DNA of 64,000 nt from Mytilus californianus (taxonomy: Eukaryota): positions 69,936,001 through 70,000,000 of the forward strand of contig NW_026262701.1 in assembly GCF_021869535.1 (NCBI RefSeq), written 5' to 3'. Shown here one piece after another: positions 25,680 through 37,979 of the stretch. The translations under genes and the position numbers were made by a program. Positions within the stretch are counted from its first letter, which is position 1. Each line of letters starts with the position of its first letter. The notes under the pieces are model-generated. The model did not search any database. It was not told the origin of the DNA and worked only from the letters and a program-made list of their open reading frames with translations.

Positions 25680-25815
25680 TTTATGTTTTCTCGGTTGTTT
25701 TTTGTGTACTGTTGTTTGGGTTGTTTGTTCGTTTTTTGCTAAGGCTTTTTTGGTTTGTTTTCGACTTATATGAGTTTGAATATGATCCATTTGGTATCTT
25801 TTCCCCTCTCTTCTA
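25680..25815 (+). mobile_element. Penelope-like 3'-end fragment in the probable 3' UTR of the zinc-finger gene
   Basis: gtttgttttcgacttatatgagtttgaatatgatccatttggtatcttttcccctctc resembles the 3' end of the 22936-23712 element. Confidence 0.55.
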
Positions 25816-26811
25816 CTTTTCTTTACAACGAATTACTGGTATTTATTATCGTGTTAATCAATACATGTTTTGTTATTTTAAACAAGAAAGGAATTAGCGG
25901 TGTAACATAAATACAAGAATATGTAACTTTTATATTCAAATCTTAATACAAAATCTGTATTGCCATATATTCCAATGTTGTAAGTTAAGTCTTATTTCAT
26001 TGGTGGGCGTCATGGCAACCAATAACCTTTGTACATGTATACACCTGTCTCATGACGTTACGAGTTTGAATCTACAAAAACGGGATTAATGTTGATAAAA
26101 ATGTAACTGGACTTTTTTGGTGCATTTAATTGTAATTATAAGAAATAAAGGTTATTTATTTTAAAGATTTTTTTGTGTGTACTCACAAACTATACATGAA
26201 GTCGTTCGGATTCAGTTTGTGAGTTGGTGGACCAAGTTTACATTTCAATAAACTCCACCAAAACACATTTTTTGACTATAATAAACTAAATTAATTTGAG
26301 ACAAATACAAAGAAATCCACAAATACATATAGAGGCATACAGCTGAGTTTATAAATCAACTAAACGTTCAACAAAAATATATGCATCCTTTCTTAAGTTC
26401 TACCGATTTTTTTATATATGCATGTATAGGTAACTAGTTTAGTTACTTGAAATGTTGTTGTTCTTTTTTAGGAATTTTTGATAAACAACAAAAGTTAAGT
26501 TATAATTTTGTATTTCAAAAAAAAAATAATAACGATCTCTTGATTCTTCATTAATTTAGCAATCCAATCAAAAATGTTTTGTCCTCTAATAAAATACAAC
26601 TTTGGCATACACTCTGTATAGTCTGTGTTCTTTGGGAATATTAAAATGTCTTCATTTTTTCTTGATTATCAATTCGCAAGGAATATTTATAGCAAAGGAT
26701 ATATTTTGATTCTATCATAAAAAGAATTTTTGCATCGAGTGAAATACATCGTTTTTTTGTTCGTTTTTTTCTAGAGTCAATGAGGTATGGCAAATTGCCC
26801 TTTCTTTATTA

Positions 26812-29800
26812 CTTTACATTTTATAATAGTAATGGTAAGAGCACAGTAGATTATATGTTGACATCACAGAATTTATTTTATACCATCAATAATTTTATGG
26901 TAGAACCACCTACTGATCTATCAGATCATTGTTTAATAGCATTGAATATTTTTAATTTTAAAAGTTCTAAAGAAATAAATAAGGAAGAACTATGGTCCCT
27001 TCCTGGTACTTTTAAATGAACCGATCAGAACAAGGACATTTATATTGATGCTTTATTAGAAGAAAACAGTGTAAAAGACATTCTATCTTTAAACAAACTA
27101 ATTGACGATACTAATTTTAATGATATTGACTTCTTGGTGACCAAAACTAATGAAATATATTTAGAAGCTGCAAAAAAAGTCAGTTTCTTTTAAAGCAAAT
27201 TTTAATAAAAATCCATAATGCAAAGACATACAAAAAAGGCAAAACCTAAAAAAGTATGGATGTCAAATGATTGCTTACTCCTTAGAAAAGAAGTTCGTTC
27301 CCTTGGAAATAGATTAGCTAAAGCCCCTAATAATAATGCATTAAGATTGACTTATTGCAACTGTAAAAGAGAATACAATAAACTTAAAAATAAACTGAAA
27401 AAGGATTTTTTTCAATCCTTGATAGAACAAATAAATGATATAAATCCAAAGAGCACCAAAGAATTTTGGGGTAGCATTAATAATTACAAAAAAAAGAATA
27501 ATACAGGTAACTTGCCTGCTATTTCTGCCAAAGAATGGGAGATTCATTATAAAAATTTGCTTGCTTCAAGTGAAAATGATAAAACTGAAACAAATCAAAA
27601 TATAGAGAACAAAGACCATAACTTTACTAATACATCCCTTAATGTCCCTATATTCCATGTAAAGAAATCAAAGACTGCATTAAGAAGTTAAAAAAGGGAA
27701 AATCTGGAGGTCCTGATCTGATAATTAATGAATTTCTAAAGGTAGGGTCAAACACTCTAGTTTTACTTTTGACAAAACTTTTTAATAAGATACTTAATTC
27801 AGAAAAATTTCCCAAATTTGGAACATTTCTCTTTTGACACCAATTTATAAATCTGGTGACCCATCTGATTGTGGGAACTATAGAGGTATAAGCATAACAA
27901 GCTGTCTTGGTAAAGTCTTTACCTCCATATTACAAAAAAGACTTAGTGATTTTCTTGAAACAAATAATTTATTATCTTCAAATCAAGGTGGTTTTAGAAA
28001 AAATTACAGAACTGTAGATCATGTCTATATTTTAAAAGCAATAATACACAAATATTTGTTTAAATGTAAAAAGAAACTATATGTGTGTTTTGTAGATTTT
28101 AAAAAGGCTTTTGACAGTGTCTGGAGATCAGCTCAATACCTAAAATTACAAAATAAAGGAATACAAGGCAAATTTTATAATATACTGCATGACATGTACT
28201 CTAATACCTTATATTCATGTAAATATCAAAATATGTTTGCTAAGCCTTTTCTTGCTAATCAGGGAGTCAAACAAGGAGACAGTTTAAGTCCAACTTTATT
28301 TAATATATTTGTTGATGACATAGGAAAATACTTAGATAAAACTCAACGAGTGCAGTTAATTTACATGATCAAAAAGTGAACCATTTATTGTATGCTGATG
28401 ATTTATTATTGATATCTGAATCTGCAGCTGGTCTCCAGAACTCTCTTGATTCTTTGCAAAAATATAGTGCTGAATGGAAACTGGAAGTGAACTTTAAGAA
28501 AACAAACATTATAATTTTCTCTAAAAATAAAGTAAATAAAGAAAACTTGTACTTTTATTACAGTTCTAATGCAATTGAAATCGTTGATTGTTATAAGTAC
28601 TTAGGAGTTGATTTTCATAGCTCTGGAAAATTTATACAGGCAGTGTCAAGCCTCTCAGATAAAGCTAAAAAAGCATATTTTGCATTAAAGTCTAAACTCC
28701 CATATAGTGAAAACTTGTCTGTTAAAACTTGGCTCCAGCTTTTTAATTCAATGATAATTCCTATTTTAACTTATGGATCAGAAGTATGGATATCAGAATT
28801 CAAATCAAATTTTGAAGCATTAGACAAAAGTAAATTAGAAAAAACACAAAACTCCATATTTAAAAACATACTTGGGGTTCATGGAAAGTCTTCCAATCTA
28901 GCAGTGCGGTGCGAATTGGGCACATTACCTATTAGCATTAAATGTTATCAACTTATATATAAATACTATGTGCGTCTCAGTGATATTGGTGAACGGTCTG
29001 GTGGTCCACATGAAATTCTCAAGGCTGCTTTTGAAGTGGGCAAAACTCTCACAAATAGAGAAAATTCATGGTCTAATAAATTATGTTAATTATTAAAATA
29101 TATTGGAATACCCTTAAACAAGCATTGTAATAGTAATTTCAAACAGAAACTTGAAGATTTCTACAAAAATAAAATTATATTTGAACTATCTAAGATAAAA
29201 GATGGAAACTGTGGTAAACTTTTATTTTTTAGTAAAATTTATACTAAATTTAAACAACAAGAATATTTGAACTTTAATGTTCCTAAATATCTTAGAAAAA
29301 AACTCACTAAATTAAGAATAAGTGCACACTCATTAGCAATAGAAACTGGTAGGTATGCAAGACCAATAATACCCTCTAATGAGAGATTTTGTAAATTTTG
29401 CTAAGGAAAAATTGAAAATGAGATACACTTCTTGATTGAATGTCCTCAATATAACAAAATTAGATCTAAATATAAAATCAATGATATTAACTCAAATAAT
29501 TTGGATGAAAATTTTACCATACTGTTTCATCAGATAATAATCCTTTATAATAATTTGTGCATATACTAGTACACATATACCTTATATAGGTGATTGTGTG
29601 TTTTAAGTAGAATTACGAAAATTTAGAATAATCGTGATGTATATGTATCATGATTTTTTATTATTAATTGTTTTGGCTTTTAACTAGCTGTCAGTAACTG
29701 CTAGTACTCTCAAATCGTACTTTCTTGTTTATTTGACCCGTTGATACTAATTGTAATGCTTTTTTGTTATTTAATGTTATTCAGGGTTATATCTGGTCTA

Positions 29801-30750
29801 TATACCAGCTTTGATAAGTGTTTGGTATTACTATAAATTTTCACTTCGTACTATGAACATCAAAATTATTTTTTTTGTAAAAATATTTCCTTTCTCTATT
29901 GGAACTGTACACGTATATCTAACAACAAAATTATTTTCGTTTACCTGTGTTTAAAGTTATTGCAAATGGCTGATATTTTTGTTCGATCATATTGTTTTTC
30001 TTAATTTGTTTAACATTTCATACCGATATAACATGTTACTTTTATTATTCTTCCCTTAGTTTATCTATTTTGTATTTACATTGTATCATAGGTCAAATTT
30101 GTTCAGTGTATGTTCACTGGTGTTAATATGTCCTTTGATTGAGTTAAGCTATTTCAGTTGATATTTTATAGTGTGTCTTTCTATGTTGTGATGTTACATT
30201 ATTGTTTCAGAAAAAGGGTGAAGGTTTGGTACCATTAAAACGTTTAAACCCGCTACATTTGTTTGCACCTGTCCTAAGTCAGGAATCTGATGTTCAGTAG
30301 TTGTCGTTTGTTGGTGTGGTTCATAAGTGTTTCTCGTTTCTCGTTTTTATATAGATTAAACCGTTGGTTTTCCCGTTTGAATGGTTTTACACTAGTAATT
30401 TTTGGGGCCCTTTATAGCTTACTATTCGGTGTGAGCCAAGGCTCCGTGTTGAAGACCGTACTTTGACCTATAATGGTTTACTTTTTTAAATTTTGACTTT
30501 GATGGAGATTTGTCTCATTGGCACTCATACCACATCTTCTTATATCTATATATGGTATTAATATGAGTTTAGAATGTAATGGTATTCATAGAATATACTT
30601 AGAATGTTATGGTATCCATAGAATTTACTTATGACTGGCTGTTACATGCATCTATATTTCGTTTATATGTTGTTTTAATATTATTATTGTCTGTATTCGG
30701 ATCACGCCTCTATTGTGCTCTTTCCAATAAATATTGAATTGAATTGAATT
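26812..30750 (+). mobile_element. 5'-truncated, frameshifted non-LTR retrotransposon (APE-RT-CCHC; RTEX/L2-group-like, clade uncertain)
   Basis: APE C-terminus TVDYMLT...SDHCLI. RT motifs YRGISITSCLGK, FVDFKKAFDSV, GVKQGDSLSPTLF and LLYADD across ORFs 26780-29089. C-terminal LRISAHSLAIETGRY...CKFC...HFLIEC. 3' tail AATAAA plus (TTGAA)n at about 30725-30750. A family B repeat is nested at 30090-30555. Confidence 0.92.
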
Positions 30751-32023
30751 ATTTCACTTAAATTGGAAAACCAGAAAAATGTTGAAATCTACTGAATTTT
30801 GAATGTAACAGAGTAAAAAATTCCATGTTTATAGTGAAGGATATTATTTTATTGTACTATAAAAAAAATGCATTGTATCGAATGAAATACATGATTTCTT
30901 TTCTCTTGAGAGTCAAAGAGGTATGGCATTTTCCCTCTATTTATTTCACTCAAAGGGGAAAACAGAAAGATAAATGTGTTAACCTGCTAAATTTTTAATA
31001 TAAGTTAACAGAGTCAAAATATTATTATGTGTTTAAAAGATATATGTTAAATAGCATAATATGCATTCATAGAATTATCATGTGTTATTTAGTGCTGCAC
31101 ATGTCTGTTAACAATTTTGATACAATAATGCGATATTTATAATATATCGTTTTGTAACATTTTGAATTACTTTGTGTATACATATGAAAGAAATACATGA
31201 TATCTTAACTACTAGTAGAACTTTTGTTTTTGGTTCTTAAACATAAGTATTATACTTGCTCATTGTTAGAAGATGAGCTCATTTCAAAATCAAATGTAGA
31301 AAACGGCTGAAAATAATTTATATAGGTTCAATCTTCCTCAAACAAGATAATACGTATAAAAATAAGGAGATGTGGTATGACTATCAACCCAAGTTTAAAT
31401 GAAGTGGATGTAAGCAAATATAGACAACCGTATGGCATTCAACAATGAAAAAAACCCATACCGTATAGTCGGCTATAAAAGGCCCCGACAAGAAAAATAT
31501 GAAACGATTCAATTGAGAAAACTAACGGCCTAATTTATAACAAAACAATTTACGAAAAACAAATATGACAAACATGAACCAATGACAACCACTGAACTAC
31601 AGGCTCCTGACTTGGGACAGGCACATAAAGAATGTGGCGGGGTTTAACATGTTTGTGAGCGCTCAACCCTCTCCCTAACCTAGGACAGTGGTATAACAGC
31701 ACGCCATAAGGACAAACTATAAACATCAGTTGAAAAAGGCTTAACTCATCAGATCGATACAAAGCTAAAAACACAGATATGAAAATAAGGAGATATGATT
31801 GCCAATGAGACACCTATCCACTAGAGACCATATGACGTAGATTTAAGCGTACGGTCGTCAAAAAAGGAGCAAAAACCATACCGTATAGTAAGCTATAAAA
31901 AGCCCCGACATGACCAAATGTTTATGAATTCATGTGAGAAACACAACTGCCTATCAACGAGTCCATTTCAGTTTCAAGATAAGTAGACTATACATAAGAA
32001 GCTGACAATGAGTGTCGGTTAAT

Positions 32024-32620
32024 GATTTAAATTTTCCCATTTTGAACTTTCCATTTCTATGTATCAACATTCCAGCAACACCTGCAATCGGAGTTAACGT
32101 CTCCCTGTTCAAACGATATTCCAGGGTTTAAGTTTCCCATCACGATTTCCTGGATAAAGGGTTAATGCTTACCTGAATTGAGCCAGTAGTTCTTAATGGT
32201 AAAGTTAAAGTTATCATTTAGAAATGTTTACGAACACTTTATAATTTTGACTGTTTCACAAATTACCACGGATATGTTCTAGTCGTATCGTAACCCCAGT
32301 CCCGTCATCTCTGCCTGAATTGGTTATAACCGCATATAACCGAATATCTTATTGCCATTAGCAAGACGATGGGTGCTCCGACTGGAGCAAGAACTACTTA
32401 CCGTTCTGGAACGCAAGAATTCAGTCCGGTTTTTATGTGTGTAAGTGTTGCTCAACTTTAAGTTTAATGTGTAGTGTCTTATGGGTTGTTGTAGGTCTGT
32501 TCGTTTTTTTTTTTGGTTTTTTTTGGAGGAGGGGGGATTGTGTGTGATTTCTTAGACTCATGGTTTTTGAATGCTCCTTGGTATCGTCTCTATTCGTTTT
32601 CTACGAATTTGAAAATCGAA
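32024..32620 (+). mobile_element. Degenerate Penelope-like remnant (RT thumb region plus 3' UTR)
   Basis: Translates with stops as LNFPILNFPFLCINIPATPAIG...RYSR...HDFLDKGLMLT, homologous to the 23230-23664 ORF. Confidence 0.7.
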
Positions 32621-33949
32621 ACAAAGACCTAATTTATTGTAGCATTAGCAGACAAAATGGTCCTAAACAAAAGATTTTAGTTGATTCAGGTAAACACTAC
32701 TTTGGGGAGTTTGAACCATTCTATACTGTTCGAGGATGTAATACAATCTACTAAAGTGGTATCAAAGAAATGTTTCCCAAACTGATAGTCGGTGTAAATA
32801 TCTTTTTGTCAGGAATAAAGAGATTTAGACATGATTACATTAGTGTTCAGACAGAATATTTTTTTCTCAATTTGAAGATATATATATATATGCACTTTAT
32901 AAACTTGTTTTTTGAAACAGAAACGGTCAAAAAATTTTTTTTTAATCCTTTACGAGAGTTTACTCGAAATTGGTCTAGCGGTTTCAGAGAAGAATATTTT
33001 GAAAGTGTTTACGACTATGACGGACGCCAAGTGTTGAACATAGCTCACAAAGGGCTAGGACAGTTTCACAAAATGAAATGGACCAATGAGTGTCACATGC
33101 ATCGCTACCACACAAGGTCCTGTGTTTGCAATTTTGATTTGTTTGGAATGAAACCGCAGTAATGCGAGAGAAAAAGCGTGCAATACTATTGTGAATAACG
33201 TCTTCTGCCAAAAAGTAATACTGTTCATCTGAATCTACACTTTAAAGTGTGAAGATAAAGATTAAAGCAAAGAAGTAAATGTATGTGGGTCAATCCTAAA
33301 TAAGTATTGCTGTTCCTTAGAAGAAATATCGTTTATATCCTGACGCTATCCATTATTGCTAGTCACTACAATCTCGGAATGAAACCGCGGTTATGCGAGA
33401 GAAAATCGTGCACGTTTATCTATTGTCTAAAAGATCTTCTGCCCTATATAAACTTGATATTATAAAAGATTTTATTCTGATGCGTGTGTAAAAGAAAATG
33501 AATGAAAAGTGCGTGCAAATGTTTAATAAAAATATGCAATTAATTTTCAGATTTTCAGTCACTTGACACAAATGAAAATGCAAAGTTATCTTACATATAT
33601 CTTGATGTGCCCCATATGTTTTGTTGATTGTTTTTGAAGTGAGATTGTCGGATAATTTTAAAATGACAATATTGGTTAATGTCTTTGACTAACATACTAG
33701 ATTATAATTTGTTATTATAGCCTAGCTCACATACACTTGTGTTCCTCAATACAGATGTACCGTGGTCAACATCTAGCCAGAAATTTCGCTCAAACCAGTG
33801 CTAGGAGTCATCTTGACCTAGCAGTAAGGTGGAATATTTTGCTCCATGTTGAAAACCTCAATGTAAATGAGACGACAAAGAACAAATAAAAGCGCTGTTA
33901 CGTGTAATTTGCATTTGTAAAGTGCGTGTAGTTATCCATAAGGAATGGA

Positions 33950-34081
33950 TGTAATATTTTTTCTGTCTGTTGGAAATAACATAAAAAATGTGGTGCACCT
34001 GAATAACCCATGTAGCAAGTTATTCAAAAGTGTGCAACACATTTTTGAGGTTATTTCGAGTAGACAGAAAAAAACATTACA
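33950..34081. repeat. Long imperfect palindrome (about 130 bp) within a dispersed repeat
   Basis: tgtaatattttttctgtct...aaaaatgtggtgcac...gaataac pairs with gttattc...gtgcaacacattttt...agacagaaaaaaacattaca. Confidence 0.75.
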
Positions 34082-34439
34082 ATTATTCTTTATAATTTAA
34101 TTCTAAATTCCATTTTTAAGGAGTAAATCATGAAAAAATGTTAATGACGTCACGGTCACATGACAAAATTATGTCTGAGCTGATAAACAAAAAACTTTCA
34201 GCGAATCAGAAGACGTGTTACATCCAAAATAAAACCATTAACCCTTAAACCTAAACCTAACTTAGAAAAATCCCTAATCTCACCCCAATCATAGATAAAC
34301 CCTATTCCTGAAGTATAGGGACTCATAAAGTGAAAGAAGGCCGTAGTTATTTTTTGTCATTAATCAATACACTGTATCCTTCTTTTCTATTGTGGTTAAA
34401 TGTCCGATTAAACTCTCCTGCCTGAGGTAATACGAACCC

Positions 34440-35171
34440 TGTCAGACAGACATATACACCTTTAAATCATCCCATACACCAAATAAAGTTGACATATTGC
34501 TTATGGTAACTGATAAACTAACATAACCACACAAACCTATTATTGGCCAATGAACCATGAAAATGAGGTCAAGGTCAAATGAAACCTGCCAGACAGACAT
34601 GTTAACCTTAGAATTATTCCATACACAAAATATACTGGAACTATTGATTATAGTGTCTGAGAAAAAGACCAAATCTTGAAAACTAAACATTGTCCAATGA
34701 ACCATGAAAATGAGGTTAAGGTAAGATGAAACCTGCCAGTACACCTTACAATCATTCCATACACCAAATATAGTTGACTTACTGCTCATAGTATCTGAGA
34801 TACGGACTTGACCACGTAACTGTAACCTTGATCACTGGTCCATAAAATGAGGTCCAGGTTTTGTGAACGTTACCTGACGGACATATAAACCTTGCAAGGA
34901 ACCCATACACCAAATATCATTATCCTATTACTCATAATAAGAGAGTATTCAACTTTTAAAATAGCAGTATTTCTTTTCAAGCATGAAAATAAGGTAAAGG
35001 ACAATGGACATATGACAGACGGAAACTTCGTATACAAGGTATGATGCATTCAAGTCTTCTAGCTCCTGAAATATAAAGCTTTATACAATTCGTTTACGCC
35101 GTCGCCGCCGCCTCCGGATTGTAATACCTTTGTCTCGCATACTGCGACTTTCGGCGCCGGCGAGACAAAAA
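34440..35171 (+). mobile_element. Helentron-associated/pearl-like non-autonomous element with internal tandem repeats; duplicated at about 45990-46718
   Basis: Repeats of ccatacaccaaatatagttgac...aatgaaccatgaaaatgaggtcaagg, then a GCC/GTC run, then a terminal tgtctcgc...gcgagacaaaaa hairpin. Confidence 0.7.
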
Positions 35172-35929
35172 CCGGGGATGAACTCAGGAAAAGACTAGCA
35201 ATAGGCCTCTGGACAATTTTTATAAAAAACTAGAAGTACTGCGAGCAGAGCGAACAATATTATACCCCCACCCCGGAAACCCCAAATTGATTCTGATAAA
35301 ATAAGAAAATAAGAGGTAACATTTATATGATTAAGATTGCGAGAAATTCAAATAAATTGTAATAAGGGTTTAAGAGGAGTTACGAATAAAAAATATAGGT
35401 AACCCCAAAATAAACAATGGCATGCTTTACTGAGGGAAACCCCAAGAATAATTCGGGCCCCATGCCACCCTCCCCCTTAAACCCCCCCCCCCCCCCCCCC
35501 CATCCCCCCCAAAAAAAAAACAATAAAAAAAACATTTAGAGAATGTACATGGCATTATATGGTTGAGTTTCTGCGAAAGTTTCATTTAATTTAGATTAGG
35601 GATTTAGGAGGAGAAGCGGATACACATGTTTACCATAGTATGCAGATATGATGGTAACTATAAGAAAAACACAAAATTTATTCAGATGATAAAATTAGAT
35701 AATAGGTACAGAAGTAAATACTGTCAGTAATATTTAGTCAAAGTTTCACAAAACTGAAAAAGAGCAGTTGCGGATACAAAACCGGGACAGAATGACGAAC
35801 GGACGAACAAACATACGGACGGACTCCTCAATCACTATAAAAGGCGGGTTATGATTAATGTACCATATACGAAAATGATGACACGTTGAAAATTGATCGT
35901 CACTACACCACAAAATAGGAATCCTAGGA

Positions 35930-36098
35930 AAACGTTGCGCTTGCGCTAATACCATTAATCGACGTCATTAACGTCTCTGCTGACAACGTTATCGTCGAAG
36001 TTTCGCCGATACATTGCACAAGGATAATTTTTGGAAGTCTAAAGAATTGATCCCGTGCAGCTTTTCCGAGGAAAGTAGAAATTGAAAGAGAAGTGTGG
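35930..36098 (+). promoter_or_regulatory. Candidate promoter and 5' non-coding exon of orphan gene copy 1 (copy 2 equivalent about 47455-47626)
   Basis: CpG-rich patch followed by a strong GTG|GTGAGT donor conserved in both duplicate copies; no ATG seen in the patch. Confidence 0.4.
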
Positions 36099-36699
36099 TG
36101 AGTTATTTTATTGCACTTTCTTCCAGTACTATGCTTTTTATTCTGTTTTCCATTTTAAAACCTACTAAGACAAAAAAAGAATACCCCATTTAAGGTAAAT
36201 TTGATTTTGTTTCATGGTCTTGAGCTGAGTTCTTTGTGTTAATGAGAAGTCGTTGAACGATTTCCTATCAAGACAATTGAATGTATCTTAAATTTGCTGA
36301 TAATCCTCTAGACTTCCATAGATTTTGTGATAAACAGCTAATATTAATATTTGTATTTTTACCGAAGTACTTTTGACCTTAAAATTTGAGTTTCTATAAC
36401 GCAGTAATCTCAAATAAAATGCATGTAGGTCATATTCAAACTTCTCTTATTCTGGTCGTTCTGGCTCTTTAAAGATTAGAAATCAGAAAAATAGATCTTA
36501 AGTTTCGATTACTCTTCAGAGTCAAGATTAAGTGTTTTTGAAAATAAAGGCAAATTAATATTAGATATGTATCAGTTTTTTTAATTCTGACTACAACTCC
36601 CGTGGTTCCGGCGCGTGTATGTCCTTTGAAAAGTTGAAAATGAGAAAACTTAAGATTTTGGATGGATACTTTTGATTACTTTGGATAGATAGTAATCTT

Positions 36700-37760
36700 T
36701 GGTGATCTCCCAGAAAGTCAAAGTAATCTTCAAAATCCAAGTCTTCTTTAAAAATCCTGTAATTTAGACATTTCGGGGAGTTCTGAATTTCTGCGAACCA
36801 TATTTGTTTATACTGATCAGTGAGTGTTTGTTTTATGCTTAATGTAAGCCACTTATGTTCATTCTGATAGTCGGAAGTATAAGTAAGTCCGCATTCGTTG
36901 AGAATTGAATGAACATGTGTTAGCCAGGGCAGATTATAACCGTTTTAAATTGTATAATGAAAATATGCTAGGTTATATATACTGGATGACAACTTCTCAC
37001 CTCTATTTACAAATTTACACCAGTATGACCTAATCCTTGTTTAAATAGATATACTTAATGGGCATCGCCCAGTTTCTCCATATACAATTGTTGATTGAAT
37101 TCTCCTTTGCATATTTAAAAGGTGTTTTAAAAATTTTGTACTTGTTCTATCACATCATACTTTCCGAATCCCTATACTTCACATTCATATAAAGGAATGG
37201 GTTTTACAATTTTGTCGAACAAATATCGATTTGACATTTTATTGAAAGATTGTACGTTCTACCTTTTTTACTCCGTACATAGTTTTTGTAGCCTTTTCAG
37301 CTAGATTGTTTAGCTTTATTAAATGACCCTGTTCTGTTATGAAGAAGTCCAAGGTATTTAAAATCTTTCATACTTCAATTTCTTTCCATCGAAATACAGT
37401 TTCGAATCGTTTGGTTGTCTTCCGTTGCCGAAGATCATTACTTCTGTTTTTGAGACATTCACTTTTAATTTCCACATTTTACAATATTCGCTAAAGCATT
37501 GGGGTTGCTTTCGGAGATCGGCTTTCGATTATGCCATGAAAACAGTATCATCTGTATATAGAATAACAAACAACTAAAAATATTTATACAGGTCTTTTTC
37601 AAACGTGATTGGAATGCTTTTGAGACCTTTAATACGTTTACAGGAGAAGAAGTTTATCATATCGTTGATATATACTAGTAAAGAAAATAACAATGGAGAT
37701 AGATTTTCCCCTTGTCGAACTCCAGTTTTGATGGAAAATTTGTTAATAAATGTATTGGTC
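36700..37760 (-). mobile_element. Degenerate LINE RT remnant in the intron upstream of the orphan gene's first coding exon; shortened copy at about 48300-48920
   Basis: Minus-strand fragments GVRQGENLSPLLFSL, YCKMWKLKVNVSKT, FKYLGLL and YGETGRCPL are separated by stops and frameshifts. Confidence 0.75.
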
Positions 37761-37979
37761 AATGAAAGTTTAAATGTTAACTTAAAGATGACAGCAAGGC
37801 TTGTAAATGTTTTGTTCTGTCCATTTATACTATACAATAACAGTCCTAAAAATACAAGTATAATATAAAGTTGCTCATGTAGATTCAATTTTTTAAAGGG
37901 GCATATAGGGGAGGGGTTACAACGGATTGTCATGATGCATTTTTCATTTTCACGTAACTCAACAGTCAACAGGATAAGT

